DNA of 55,856 nucleotides from a virus (Duplodnaviria; Caudoviricetes): IMG/VR virus record IMGVR_UViG_3300031951_000193, positions 1 to 55,856 of that record; one strand, 5' to 3'. Shown piece by piece: positions 17,032 to 26,616 of this stretch (position 1 is its first letter; each line of letters starts with the position of its first letter). The notes under the pieces were generated by a model. It saw only the letters and a program-made list of their open reading frames with translations, ran no database searches and was not told where the DNA came from. The position numbers and the translations under genes were made by a program.

Positions 17032-17657
17032 TTGCTCTCCTTTTTGGTCTTGAGCAGCCGCTCCCGCTGGGCCACGAACGCCTTCTCGATGTCGGCCAGT
17101 TGGCCTGGGGGCAGGTCGTGTTCCTGCACCCGGGCCCACAGGGCATCGAGCCGCTCCGGGGTTGCGGCCTGCTTGACGGCCGACTTGATGGCATTTAGAT
17201 CCGGGCCCGGTCGCGTGGGTGCTGGGGCAGGCGACTCGCCGGCATCGGCGTCCGCGATGTCTTCGCCATCACTGGCGTCATCTACCGACAGGCAGAGGAT
17301 GCGGCTGTAGCCGAGCCTCGCCATGTAGGTGCAGAACGAGTGGGTGTGCTGCGGATTGGGGAAGTAGGGAATCGGAATAGCGCTGACGCACCACTCTCCC
17401 TTGCAGGACAGCCGCGTCACCAGCAGCATCGACCGATCATCCTGCGACACGAACGTCTGCCGCACCGACAGCCCGTACTTGGACAGGGCTGGCTTCGTCG
17501 CGTCCTCCATGGCCGACAGATCGGCAAACATCCCGTAGGGGCCTTGCCGATTGCGCGTGACCTTCTTGAACTCCCCCTGCGCTTTGGCGAGCGCAACATC
17601 CAACTCCAGTGACGTTGGGCTGCACTCCTGATAGACGTATGTCGCTGACCTCACCAT
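17028..17657 (-). CDS. ERF-family single-strand annealing protein
   Basis: ALAKAQGEF..V...YG.FADL......PALSKYGL..Q, TYMARLGY..IL...D.DG. Confidence 0.85.
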   Translation of the reverse strand: MVRSATYVYQECSPTSLELDVALAKAQGEFKKVTRNRQGPYGMFADLSAMEDATKPALSKYGLSVRQTFVSQDDRSMLLVTRLSCKGEWCVSAIPIPYFPNPQHTHSFCTYMARLGYSRILCLSVDDASDGEDIADADAGESPAPAPTRPGPDLNAIKSAVKQAATPERLDALWARVQEHDLPPGQLADIEKAFVAQRERLLKTKKESK

Positions 17658-18595
17658 GGCTTCCCTCCAAGGAATGGCTTGCTGGGCATCTCGATGACTT
17701 CGCCGTATCCCTTCGGTGCCCACCAATCCAAGGCACGGCGTTGATCCAGTTCGCGGAGCAGTTCGCTCACGCGCTTTTCCGCATGGCGGTGAACGTCTTG
17801 CGGCAGCACCATCACGGCACAGTGGTGCGGGTAGGTGTTGCTGGTGGCGATGAAGTGCATCCGGTGCTTGGGCCATCCGGCGGCTACCGCTGCGAGGCCG
17901 TAGAGAGCGGCCTGCAATTCGTACTTCCACTCCTTGCACGACCACACGAACTGTTCGGCTGGGTCGGCATCGCGCGTGGTCTTCAGGTCATAGAAGACTT
18001 CCGGCGTGGCACCATCGACACGGCAGCGGCAGGCATGCCCGTTGTGCGAGAACCGCACGTTGAACTCGGCGTCCACTCTCGCCGCGAGCAGGTCGGCCGC
18101 AGCGGGGTTGGCGAGAATCTGGTCGGTTTGCAGCCGCAGTTGGTTGAAGTCCGCCGGGCTGATCGGGATGTCTTCTGGCGACAGCGTGGCCAGCCAGAGA
18201 GCCGCTGACTTTGCTAACTGTCCCGTGCCAGTGACATGATCCGGCGGGCAGACTTTGACGCGGCTCCAGAACTGGTCTGGGCCGATCTCATGCCAACTGT
18301 GAAGAAGTGTCCCGTAGGACAACGCCGCCGATGTCTTGGGCGGGGCGTCTTTCGCCACGAACCGCCGGTAGTATGCCAGCGGTGATGTGGCCAACTCTTT
18401 CAGTTGGGACGCACTGGTTTCGGGCCAGCCGTGGTATTCCTCGGCTGGTTCGTGCGAGACAGATGCTGATGATTCTGTCGAAAGTAGCGGCGGCCGGACT
18501 TGAACCGGCGACACCCGGCTTATGAAGCCGGACCGCCCACTCTCGACAGGCGCTGGCCTGTCCAACTGTGCCGTCTCCCAGCCGTAATAACCCAT
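17651..18595 (-). CDS. RecE-like PD-(D/E)xK exonuclease (DUF3799-like); start uncertain
   Basis: EYH...SASQLK, GTLLH, CRVD...DLKTT, YELQAALY; no ATG/GTG/TTG between the tRNA fragment and the domain start. Confidence 0.85.
   Translation of the reverse strand: MGYYGWETAQLDRPAPVESGRSGFISRVSPVQVRPPLLSTESSASVSHEPAEEYHGWPETSASQLKELATSPLAYYRRFVAKDAPPKTSAALSYGTLLHSWHEIGPDQFWSRVKVCPPDHVTGTGQLAKSAALWLATLSPEDIPISPADFNQLRLQTDQILANPAAADLLAARVDAEFNVRFSHNGHACRCRVDGATPEVFYDLKTTRDADPAEQFVWSCKEWKYELQAALYGLAAVAAGWPKHRMHFIATSNTYPHHCAVMVLPQDVHRHAEKRVSELLRELDQRRALDWWAPKGYGEVIEMPSKPFLGGKPW
18485..18531 (-). other. 3' half of a tRNA(CAT) (Met/Ile2): putative attP core
   Basis: Anticodon arm CCGGC-TTCATAA-GCCGG, T arm GCCGG-TTCAAGT-CCGGC, acceptor 3' strand CGCCGCT-A; no matching 5' acceptor strand; adjacent to the integrase. 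Confidence 0.85.
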
Positions 18596-18671
18596 ATCCC
18601 TCGCACGGGGTACGGACCTCCCGCGGCGAAAAACCCCCTCAAGGAGTTTGCCCCCCCAGAAAGAGCATCCC

Positions 18672-19541
18672 ATGTTATCTGCATCGTCAGCATCCTTGCC
18701 TTACGCCACGATGACGCTACGCGATTTGCTCAATGCCTACACGGCATCGGTGGCCTGCGGTCCCCGCTACCAAGAATCCCTGCAACGAACCGTCGCCAAG
18801 GCGGCAGGATACGGCCTGATTCGGGTGTGTCAACTCTCGCCCGAGAAGGTCAACGATTTCCTGGGAAAACTGCCTCTGGCTCCCACGACGCGGCACAACA
18901 TCCGCCGCGAGTTGATGACGCTCTGGCGATGGGCGTATGAGGAGAGGCTGACCGACAGTCAACCCACTCGCGTCAAGAGAATCGCGGCGCGCCGGGGGCC
19001 ACCGCAGGCGTGGAGCAGAGAGCAGGTGACGAGTTTGCTCGACGCGGCTGAACGCGACGAGCGGCGGGTCAACGCTCTCCACCCACACGCCAAGCGGTGC
19101 CATGTGCTGCCGGCCTGGATTTCCGTGGGGTGGGAAACCGGCCTGCGGCTGACGGACATGCTCTCGCTACGGCAGGAGCATTTCCGGCACGACTGCATCG
19201 TTACCGTCGCCCACAAGACCGGCAAGCCAACCGTCCGCCGAATAGGCGAGTACGCCCAGCGGCGATGTGAGTGGCTTTTGGAGAACAGCCCTGACGGCAC
19301 GCTACTCGCGTGGCTCTTGCCTCGCCGCCGGGCAATACTGCTTTGGCGAGACTTCCTGCGAGAGCGGCGACTTTCCGGCAGCAGCAAGTGGTTGCGGCGA
19401 GCGGGTGCGACAGAACTTGAGCGACTCGCCCCAGGCTCTGCCGCACGGTGGCTCGATCACTCCAATCCCGCACTGTGCAGCCTTCACTACATTGACCCCA
19501 CGCTGTTGAGCCCGCCGATAGGACCGCCGCCGCTGCGATAG
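18672..19541 (+). CDS. int: Tyrosine recombinase/integrase (compact; start may be 18711)
   Basis: TGLRLTDM (R), HKTG (K), KWLRR (HxxR variant), LDHS, HY. Confidence 0.85.
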   Translation: MLSASSASLPYATMTLRDLLNAYTASVACGPRYQESLQRTVAKAAGYGLIRVCQLSPEKVNDFLGKLPLAPTTRHNIRRELMTLWRWAYEERLTDSQPTRVKRIAARRGPPQAWSREQVTSLLDAAERDERRVNALHPHAKRCHVLPAWISVGWETGLRLTDMLSLRQEHFRHDCIVTVAHKTGKPTVRRIGEYAQRRCEWLLENSPDGTLLAWLLPRRRAILLWRDFLRERRLSGSSKWLRRAGATELERLAPGSAARWLDHSNPALCSLHYIDPTLLSPPIGPPPLR

Positions 19542-19659
19542 CAAACATCATCTGACGCATCGAGTGCATGGAAATGCTCCTGGGGAAAACAGGCCAGCCA
19601 ACGGCCAGCCCGGGACAGGCTACGGCATGGACGCCGGGGGCCTTCAATCCGGCTTCCGC

Positions 19660-19824
19660 CTATGACTTGGCGGTCTTGGCTGAATCCCGGAACGCCTTTT
19701 CTGTAGGCGCACCCTTGCTTCCGGGATCCCGCATCCTTTCTCCAGACCCGTCTGCAATACGCTTTCGCTTGGCGTGGATGTTGGCGTACAAGCCCTTGCG
19801 AAGTTTGCGGATCTTGTCAGTCAT
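19660..19824 (-). CDS. Small basic conserved phage protein
   Basis: GLYANIHAKRKRI..GSGE.MR.PGSKGAPT is a motif I recognise from aquatic phages. Confidence 0.8.
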   Translation of the reverse strand: MTDKIRKLRKGLYANIHAKRKRIADGSGERMRDPGSKGAPTEKAFRDSAKTAKS

Positions 19825-19825
19825 G

Positions 19826-20092
19826 TCAGCAGTCCCAGGCACGCAATGATTTGTTGATGCGAGAGTTCGGGTCGTTGGCCGTCTTTTTGCTGGTGAGTTT
19901 TCGCTTCATGCCCTGCATCCGGGCGCAGAAACTGCGTTTGCGGGGTCCGCCCTCTGGCTGCGGCGGCTTGAGGTTGGCCCCGTGTTCCTCGTTGTAGGAC
20001 CGCCGGCCCTTGTCATTCAGGCCACCCTTGGGGTTCTGGCCCTCCTTGCGGGACCACGCGCCGGACTTGAGTTTGCGTATGGTGTCGCTCAT
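19826..20092 (-). CDS. Small basic protein (DUF6321-like)
   Basis: AWSRKEGQNPKGGLN..GR...RKRSFCARM...DPNSRINKSLRAWDC. Confidence 0.8.
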   Translation of the reverse strand: MSDTIRKLKSGAWSRKEGQNPKGGLNDKGRRSYNEEHGANLKPPQPEGGPRKRSFCARMQGMKRKLTSKKTANDPNSRINKSLRAWDC

Positions 20093-23000
20093 GGCATCAG
20101 GGGGTTCATGGGTCGGTATCCGGGTGGCAGCCGCATCGTGTTGTTTGCGCCAGACTTCTCTGCGTTACGCATCTGCTTGTTGCGTTCGCGTTGACGCTGG
20201 GCGATGTTCTCCCGCAACTGATTCAGTTGCCGCTGTCGCGGCGTGAGCGTGGGCTCCAGTTCGTCGGGGATGTAGGCCCGCGTAAACTCAAACTGCACGG
20301 GCGCCAGTTCCTTGTCGATCTTTTGCGTCTGGTCCGCCTCTTCGTACCGCCGCGTCACTGTCGCCTGCTTGATGCCGCTGGCGTAATTGATGCCGGCCTT
20401 GAGTGCCCGCTGGCCCATGTCCGGGAGACGGTCATCGGCCAGCGTGCCCAGGATGTTGAGGGGGACTTGCAGGCCGGGGATCAGGCCAACGCCGACCTTG
20501 GCCACCGGCGAGAGCCCTTGCGGGTCGCCCGTGATTGCCTTGTAGATGCGGTCCTGCGGCGTCACTGACTCGTCCAGCGGCCGGTCATAGAACAAGTCCC
20601 GACCGGTCGCCAGCGACATCAGTGCCTGAATGGGCGGCGACGTTTGCTGGGCGAGGTTCTGGATCAAGTCCATCAGGCTGGTGCCAGGGAGATTGGCAAC
20701 GTCGATGCCCGGGAAGTCAACGTCCGCTGCAAATTGATTGGCGTCTGGGACATACATGCCCAGTGCCTTGGTGATCTCGTCCGGGATGCGGATGGCGAAC
20801 TTGGACTTCAGGTTCTCCGGGATGTAGGTGTCTTCGCCGGTTTCCTGCAACGTGTTGCTGGCCCGAATCATCTGGCCGTAGGCACCACCCGGACGGGTCG
20901 TGAGCGAATCGAAGACGTACTTGCCGATGCGGCTGTTGTAAGCCCACCACGGAAACACGCCTCTCATCCACTTGCGCTCGGTAAGCGTAAGGGACTGGTA
21001 ATCCACGAGCGCCTTCTTTACCCGTGCGGCAGCCTCTACCGGGCTAATGCCTTCCTGCATGAGGGCGATGAACGTGCCGAGCCGACCCACCGAGTCCACC
21101 GTGTCACCGATTTCGGCACTGGCCCGCAGGATGGGGTTCTGCGTGTCATAGGCGTCGGTTACGCCGTAGATGCTGGCGAAGTTCTTGAGTTTCTGGCCTA
21201 CCGTAGTGCTGCCGTCCGGCACCAGTTCGGATAGCCCCTTGCCGATAGAGATGGGCGTCGATCCGGGGATCAACTGGCTCATCTTGCCTTCGCGGGCGCT
21301 GGCCAAAAGTTCGGTGGACTGGAGCCCTTGCAGCACGCCAGTGCCACCAGCGTCCATGATGAACGCATCCTTGATGGCTTCGTCGCTGCCGAGCGCGGCG
21401 TAGCGCGGGATCTTCCGAAGAGCGTCGATGCCGCCCGCGTAATCACCGGCCAGGATCTTGCTGGCGGCGCTCATGCCGCCGAGTTGGCGAGCCGCCGATC
21501 CCGTCTCTAGGAACCCGGAGATGGCGTTACTGTAGGCGTCCCTCACGAAGCGACGGGGAGTTGCGAGGACAAAGCCTTTGAATAGTTTCGTCCAGCCGTC
21601 GAGAAACCCGGCGACTTCTTGCTGGGCTTCGGGGGCAGAGTAGAAGTCCGCCACCTTCTCCAGCCGCCGCACGACACGTTCGGGGATCGAGTATTGGGCG
21701 AGGTCGATCTGGTCTATCGGCTGCCCGCTCGCTTGGCTGATGCTCTGCTTGAGAGCGTTGACTGCTTCGGCACCGGCACTGTTCCCGTCGCCTTTTTGAA
21801 ACCCTGCCTTGCCGGCGATCTCGTCCCAGGATTCCGCGAGATTGCGGAACCGGCCCGCTTGCTGGGACTTGGGGCCGGAAACCGCTGATTCAGACAACGC
21901 TTCCAGAATGAAGTTGGCCCGCGACTTCGCCACCTCATGGTTGATGATGCGTCTGGCCTGGGTGTTAGCCGGGTGGGCGGCAAACACGGGCACGCCCGGC
22001 GGCAGGTCTTGTGCCCGGCGTGCCATGACGCGGGCGATGGCAATAGCCTGCGGCTCTTTGATTTGCTCCGTGGGGTGGTTGGCAGCAAACCAGTCCATGA
22101 TGGTCTGGCCTGCTTGCTGGTCCGTAATCCCCGACTTGGGATTGGAGTATTCGATGATCTCGGGGAGCAGGCTGATTTTGCGCAGGTCATCCGTGCCGCC
22201 CGGCGTCATCAACGCCTGATTGCGGCCGTATGCTTCGGCCTCGTTGGCGTTGTAGAGCAGTCGGCCCGTGCCTTGCTCCATGTCATCGAACGAGAACTCG
22301 TCGCCGTATCGTGGGTTGTACAGCGAGTCATAGCGGTCCTTGTACGAACCGCCGGACAGGCCCAAGGCTTTGCGTTCCGCAAACTGCCGGTTGCGAATCG
22401 CATCCCAGGACTGATACCAACGGTCAAACTCTGGGACGCTGTTGATGATCTGCAAGTCAGTGGGCGTTGACTTGTTCTCGGCGTATCGCAGAAGCAGGTC
22501 GTTGCCTTGTGGGCTGAACAGCGAGTCCGCCCCAAGGATCTGCTTGGCGTTGTCGGTGAGCGGAATCTTCGTCAGAAGCAGGTTGTGAGCCGTGGCTGCC
22601 GTAAGCCCCTGCTGCTTATACAAATCCTCCAGGGCGTTAGCCCGCAAGGCAAACGCCTGATCGCCAAAGTCAGTCGCCCCCTCGACAGCCTTGCTGAAGA
22701 GTCCGGTGGCTACGCGCCCGGGGTAGGAGAACCGGATGCGGGCGCCGAGGGCGTCCATCGAGTCCAGAATCTTGTCAGCCCCCGGCGGCTTGAAAGCGAG
22801 GTTGATGCCGCCGGCGTTGATGCCGAACAGTCCCCCAAGCGTGTCGCCCTTCACGCGGTCATAGTCGGCCATGCTGCCGAGTCGATCCACGACAGCCTTG
22901 ATAGCCTCGTCGGAGTTTGGGGCTGCCTTGATTACATCCTCCAGCGTGACGTTGGCTTGCGCCAGACGCTGCCCGACTGGCGGGATGGCCTGATAGAAGC

Positions 23001-23559
23001 CCGAGGTCTTGGGGACGTAGTTCTCGTCAAACAGGCCGGGGATGGACTTGCCGCCCCTGGTGGTGCTGCCTGTGAGGTAGCGGCCCCGGAGCGTGTTCTC
23101 GGCGGCATCGACGCCGTACTTCTGCATGTACGCCAGCGGGGCACTCTTCAGCAGCCCGGCCGCACGGGCGGCGTCCCCGGCCTCGCTGACGGCCGTTAGC
23201 GGACCCGAGAGCCAAAATAAGGGGTCTGTGACCACCTCGGTCCCGAAGCCCGCTGCGGCCTTCAGGTACGGGTTCTTGGGCCTGATCCCGTAGGACTCCA
23301 GCAGTTCCGCCCCGCTGACCCGACGTTCGTTATCCCAGGAGAAGCCGCTGTAAGGGTCGCCTGCCAGGACGCCACGGGCGATGGCCCCGGGTGTGTCCAA
23401 GAGCAGGCCGAGTTGCTCGATAGTCTGGCCGGTCTTGGAGGCCAACTCCCGGAGCAAGGACTTCTCACGCTCGGGCGTCAGTGCCTCGTCTTCCAGCCCT
23501 GCGAGAGGGCTGCCCGCTAACTGATAGCCACGGGCGACTTGCAGCGGAGCATAGGCCAT
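20089..23559 (-). CDS. Large putative internal virion/ejection protein (LPD38-like C-terminus)
   Basis: 1156 aa, helical; FPWW.Y, P.IQ.L..LATGRDLFYDRPL; position at the end of the virion operon. Confidence 0.65.
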   Translation of the reverse strand: MAYAPLQVARGYQLAGSPLAGLEDEALTPEREKSLLRELASKTGQTIEQLGLLLDTPGAIARGVLAGDPYSGFSWDNERRVSGAELLESYGIRPKNPYLKAAAGFGTEVVTDPLFWLSGPLTAVSEAGDAARAAGLLKSAPLAYMQKYGVDAAENTLRGRYLTGSTTRGGKSIPGLFDENYVPKTSGFYQAIPPVGQRLAQANVTLEDVIKAAPNSDEAIKAVVDRLGSMADYDRVKGDTLGGLFGINAGGINLAFKPPGADKILDSMDALGARIRFSYPGRVATGLFSKAVEGATDFGDQAFALRANALEDLYKQQGLTAATAHNLLLTKIPLTDNAKQILGADSLFSPQGNDLLLRYAENKSTPTDLQIINSVPEFDRWYQSWDAIRNRQFAERKALGLSGGSYKDRYDSLYNPRYGDEFSFDDMEQGTGRLLYNANEAEAYGRNQALMTPGGTDDLRKISLLPEIIEYSNPKSGITDQQAGQTIMDWFAANHPTEQIKEPQAIAIARVMARRAQDLPPGVPVFAAHPANTQARRIINHEVAKSRANFILEALSESAVSGPKSQQAGRFRNLAESWDEIAGKAGFQKGDGNSAGAEAVNALKQSISQASGQPIDQIDLAQYSIPERVVRRLEKVADFYSAPEAQQEVAGFLDGWTKLFKGFVLATPRRFVRDAYSNAISGFLETGSAARQLGGMSAASKILAGDYAGGIDALRKIPRYAALGSDEAIKDAFIMDAGGTGVLQGLQSTELLASAREGKMSQLIPGSTPISIGKGLSELVPDGSTTVGQKLKNFASIYGVTDAYDTQNPILRASAEIGDTVDSVGRLGTFIALMQEGISPVEAAARVKKALVDYQSLTLTERKWMRGVFPWWAYNSRIGKYVFDSLTTRPGGAYGQMIRASNTLQETGEDTYIPENLKSKFAIRIPDEITKALGMYVPDANQFAADVDFPGIDVANLPGTSLMDLIQNLAQQTSPPIQALMSLATGRDLFYDRPLDESVTPQDRIYKAITGDPQGLSPVAKVGVGLIPGLQVPLNILGTLADDRLPDMGQRALKAGINYASGIKQATVTRRYEEADQTQKIDKELAPVQFEFTRAYIPDELEPTLTPRQRQLNQLRENIAQRQRERNKQMRNAEKSGANNTMRLPPGYRPMNPLMP

Positions 23560-24062
23560 CAGACATACCTGGGACGATTCTGCGGCGGCAGGAACGACAT
23601 CTTGGGCGGCTCTTCTACTTCAACCGCTACGCCTTCCACGCCTGCCTTGAGTTGTGGGTACTGGGAAAACGGATTGCGCACGTTGTTTTTCACGAACGTC
23701 CCGCCCGCCTGAAGGTTGCCTCGCGTCTTGGCCATCCGGTCCCGCATTCGCTGAAGCATGGCCACCTGTGGCCCCTGGTTCTTGGCGGCGACAGAGGCCG
23801 GCGGCAGAGGAACGTAAGCGTTCTCGGTGTCCGGCTGGTACTGCGACGTATCGTTACTTCCTGGCCCGCCGTCAGGCTCCTTGTAGGGATTGGCCATGGC
23901 CCTTTCAAACTCGAAAGCCGACATGGGCGCAGACTCCCGCTGCCGCTTGGCTTCTTCGCGGCGCATCGCCTGCTCCTTCTCCTCCCGCAGGTGCGACTGC
24001 TTCAGGGTTTCAAACGCGCGCTTCTCCCGTCGCGCATCAAGAAGCATCGGAATCAAGCCCAT
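23559..24062 (-). CDS. Hypothetical protein (putative internal virion)
   Basis: ATG 24062 after GAGG; coupled to the next gene. Confidence 0.65.
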   Translation of the reverse strand: MGLIPMLLDARREKRAFETLKQSHLREEKEQAMRREEAKRQRESAPMSAFEFERAMANPYKEPDGGPGSNDTSQYQPDTENAYVPLPPASVAAKNQGPQVAMLQRMRDRMAKTRGNLQAGGTFVKNNVRNPFSQYPQLKAGVEGVAVEVEEPPKMSFLPPQNRPRYV

Positions 24063-24072
24063 GACGTTACCT

Positions 24073-25149
24073 CTACTGCGGGGGACCGATGGACACGATG
24101 GCGAGTTTGCGGAAGTACGCCGCAATCTCCGGGTCGCCGTGCTGGTTGAACATGGAGTTGAACGCATGTTCGATGTTGGCAATGCTCTTCTTGCGGTCCA
24201 CGATTCCCTTGTCATCGCGGACTGGCGGGAAGGCGTATCGCACCGCCTGCATCAGCGTGGCCCGCTTTTCAAGGTCAGCGATGCCGCCCAGTCCGTTGTG
24301 GTCTTTGAAAACCGACCACACCCGCTTGGCTACCTGCGGCTGGGCCATGCGCGGCCCGATTTCGTTGTCCACGAACGGGCCTGTTTTTGTCATCAGCGTG
24401 TTCTGCGAAGTCACATGCCGATGAAACGTCTCCCAGTCACCCGTCTCAAACGCACGCTGAATGAGTTTGTCTTGCTCCCCGATGCGGTACTCGGGCGAGG
24501 CTTGATGCAGCGCCTCCTGCCGTCGCAACTCCGCGTCGGCGTCCCGCTTTTGCGCCATGATGCCAACCATGACGTTCTGGTCGCGGTACTTGTCGCCCGT
24601 GGAAGTCGCCAGCATCTTTAGCCCTGCCTCCGCTCTCGCGCTGGCAGCCGCAGCGTTCTGCCGGGCCCTGTCCAGCGGTGACATCGACTGGGGCTGGGCT
24701 GCACCAGACGGGGGCGGAAGAGCAATGGTTTCGGACTGGACAACGGGAAGAGCGGCCGTGCCAGCGGTGCGGTCCGGGTTCTCTGGCTGGGCGTTGCGCG
24801 GACGCGCATACGCAGTGGACTGCATCGGCGTCCCCGTGCCGTCGCCGTCATAGGCCCGCGACATCGTGGTGTCGGGCCCGGCGGGGTCTTCCTGCATCTG
24901 GCGTGGCGCAGGCATGATCTGCTCGCGCCCCTTCATGTCATGGCGAGCAGTCTGTACCCCACCCAGCGATGCGAACACGCCGCCCCGGCGGACTGGTCGC
25001 CGGAACACCCGCACCCCCTGCATCTCGTCAGCGTCCCCGATGGACCGCATGGGATCAATCAGGTCGCGGATGAAACTTCTCCGCGCCTCGATGCGGGCAG
25101 GAGCGTTCTCGCGGAACCGACGCAGGGCTTCGATGATGGGGCCAGCCAT
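24073..25149 (-). CDS. Hypothetical protein (putative internal virion)
   Basis: GAGGT SD; directly downstream of the promoter-like motif. Confidence 0.7.
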   Translation of the reverse strand: MAGPIIEALRRFRENAPARIEARRSFIRDLIDPMRSIGDADEMQGVRVFRRPVRRGGVFASLGGVQTARHDMKGREQIMPAPRQMQEDPAGPDTTMSRAYDGDGTGTPMQSTAYARPRNAQPENPDRTAGTAALPVVQSETIALPPPSGAAQPQSMSPLDRARQNAAAASARAEAGLKMLATSTGDKYRDQNVMVGIMAQKRDADAELRRQEALHQASPEYRIGEQDKLIQRAFETGDWETFHRHVTSQNTLMTKTGPFVDNEIGPRMAQPQVAKRVWSVFKDHNGLGGIADLEKRATLMQAVRYAFPPVRDDKGIVDRKKSIANIEHAFNSMFNQHGDPEIAAYFRKLAIVSIGPPQ

Positions 25150-25161
25150 GTTCTACCTCTG

Positions 25162-25174
25162 CCTGATTTATGGG
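25162..25174 (-). promoter_or_regulatory. Putative late promoter motif CCCATAAATCAGG
   Basis: Intergenic; identical 13-mer at 54223-54235. Confidence 0.6.
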
Positions 25175-25194
25175 GTTGACCAGGGGTTTTCCGA

Positions 25195-26613
25195 CTATGG
25201 GATTGTCAGTGCCGTGTACGTTCCAGCCCCGCCGGCCCCGCCGCTGGCTGTTCCGCCTGTCGAGGTTCCGCCGGCCACAGTGTTGGTAATTCCGCTCACG
25301 GACTTGTTCATAAGGACGATGATGCCGCCGCCCGATCCGCCGCCGGACAGGCCCGAGGCCGGCACGATGGAAGACCAAGCCGAGTCGATGTTGCCGCCGC
25401 GTGCGGCCAGTTGCCCGCTGCCGCTCACAGTGCCGTTGACGATGACGATAAGCGTTCCGCCGGTGCCGTTTTCAATAGAGCCGTTATTGACGTTGGTTCC
25501 TGAAGGATTGCCAACGCCACCGCTGGCGCCTCCCGCACCGGCACCGCCCGCACCGCCGTTGGATCCGCCGGCTGTGCCCGTGTTTCCCGAGCCGTAGGCC
25601 GCGCCACCGCCGGGACCACCGCTGAAGCATGTGCCGGCTGCGCCGTTCCCGCCCACGCCGGAATTAGAGCCCACCCCCTTGCCGCCGCCGCCGCTGCCGA
25701 GGCTGGGGCCAGCGGTGCCCGTCGAGGATGTTCCGCCAGCACCGCCTGCGGCAGGGATGGTCGGATTCTCCGTAGACGAGAACGTGCCGTTGGCCACGCG
25801 GATCGCCACGGCGGGCGTTGCGGAGTGATTGGCTCCGCGAAGCGACATGGAGATGTTGCCGTTCAGCGTCAAGTTTCCGTTGACGTACACCACCACGAAC
25901 AGTTTGCGGTTGGTCGGCTGGAGCGTCACGCCGGCGTTGATGGTCAAATTGCCGTTCACCACGATCCACGCACTGGCCGTGTCCTCGGTGGCGGTGAACC
26001 AGTCCGAGTTCGTAAACGACGAAATGGTTGTGGCCGACGATTTGATGACGTAATCGTGGCTGCCGACAGCCTGATTGTTGATTGTCAGGGCACCGCCCGC
26101 CGTAGGCGTAGAGGCCGTCTGCGTGAGGAGGTATTCCGCATACGCCTTGAGCGATGCGTACTGGATCTGGACCGGGCTGGCGTTCTGCGGGCTGGCTTCA
26201 ACGTGCCATGTAGTGGCGGCAATCTTGACCACTGTCAGCGCGCCGTACCGCTGGGATGCCACGTTGGTGTTTTGGGCGTACAGCGAACTACCGTCTGCTG
26301 GCTCCACCGTTAGCGTAGCCGTGCCCGTGCGAACGAACCGGATGACCGTGCCCAGTGGAACAGCCGTGGCGTCCAGTTGAATTGTCGTGGCAGTAGAGCC
26401 AGTAAACAGCACTACACGGTCGGCCATCTGGGCCGTGGTTTGGCTGGAATAGGTGATGACTCGTTCGGTGGCGGACGTTAGCGGCGTCACGGCCCCCGAT
26501 GAGTTGCGGTAGTAGAGGACGCCATCGGCCTCGTTGATGGCCAGTTCGCCCGTCACCAGAGAAGACGGGACGGCCCCGGCCGTTGTGGACCGTCGAATCT
26601 TGATGGTAGCCAT
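25195..26613 (-). CDS. Tail fibre-like protein with glycine-rich C-terminus
   Basis: N-terminal IKIRRS..AGAVPSSLVTGELAINEADG.LYY module; GGxGG repeats. Confidence 0.75.
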   Translation of the reverse strand: MATIKIRRSTTAGAVPSSLVTGELAINEADGVLYYRNSSGAVTPLTSATERVITYSSQTTAQMADRVVLFTGSTATTIQLDATAVPLGTVIRFVRTGTATLTVEPADGSSLYAQNTNVASQRYGALTVVKIAATTWHVEASPQNASPVQIQYASLKAYAEYLLTQTASTPTAGGALTINNQAVGSHDYVIKSSATTISSFTNSDWFTATEDTASAWIVVNGNLTINAGVTLQPTNRKLFVVVYVNGNLTLNGNISMSLRGANHSATPAVAIRVANGTFSSTENPTIPAAGGAGGTSSTGTAGPSLGSGGGGKGVGSNSGVGGNGAAGTCFSGGPGGGAAYGSGNTGTAGGSNGGAGGAGAGGASGGVGNPSGTNVNNGSIENGTGGTLIVIVNGTVSGSGQLAARGGNIDSAWSSIVPASGLSGGGSGGGIIVLMNKSVSGITNTVAGGTSTGGTASGGAGGAGTYTALTIP

Positions 26614-26616
26614 GGA

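Noticed and set aside
18485-18585. Complete phage tRNA-Met/Ile gene
   Set aside because: No 5' strand complementary to CGCCGCT and no proper D arm at the right spacing; the D-loop-like CAGTTGG is displaced by an unrelated hairpin
20089-23559. Tape measure protein or virion RNA polymerase
   Set aside because: No tape-measure periodicity, tail tube gene or polymerase motifs recognised
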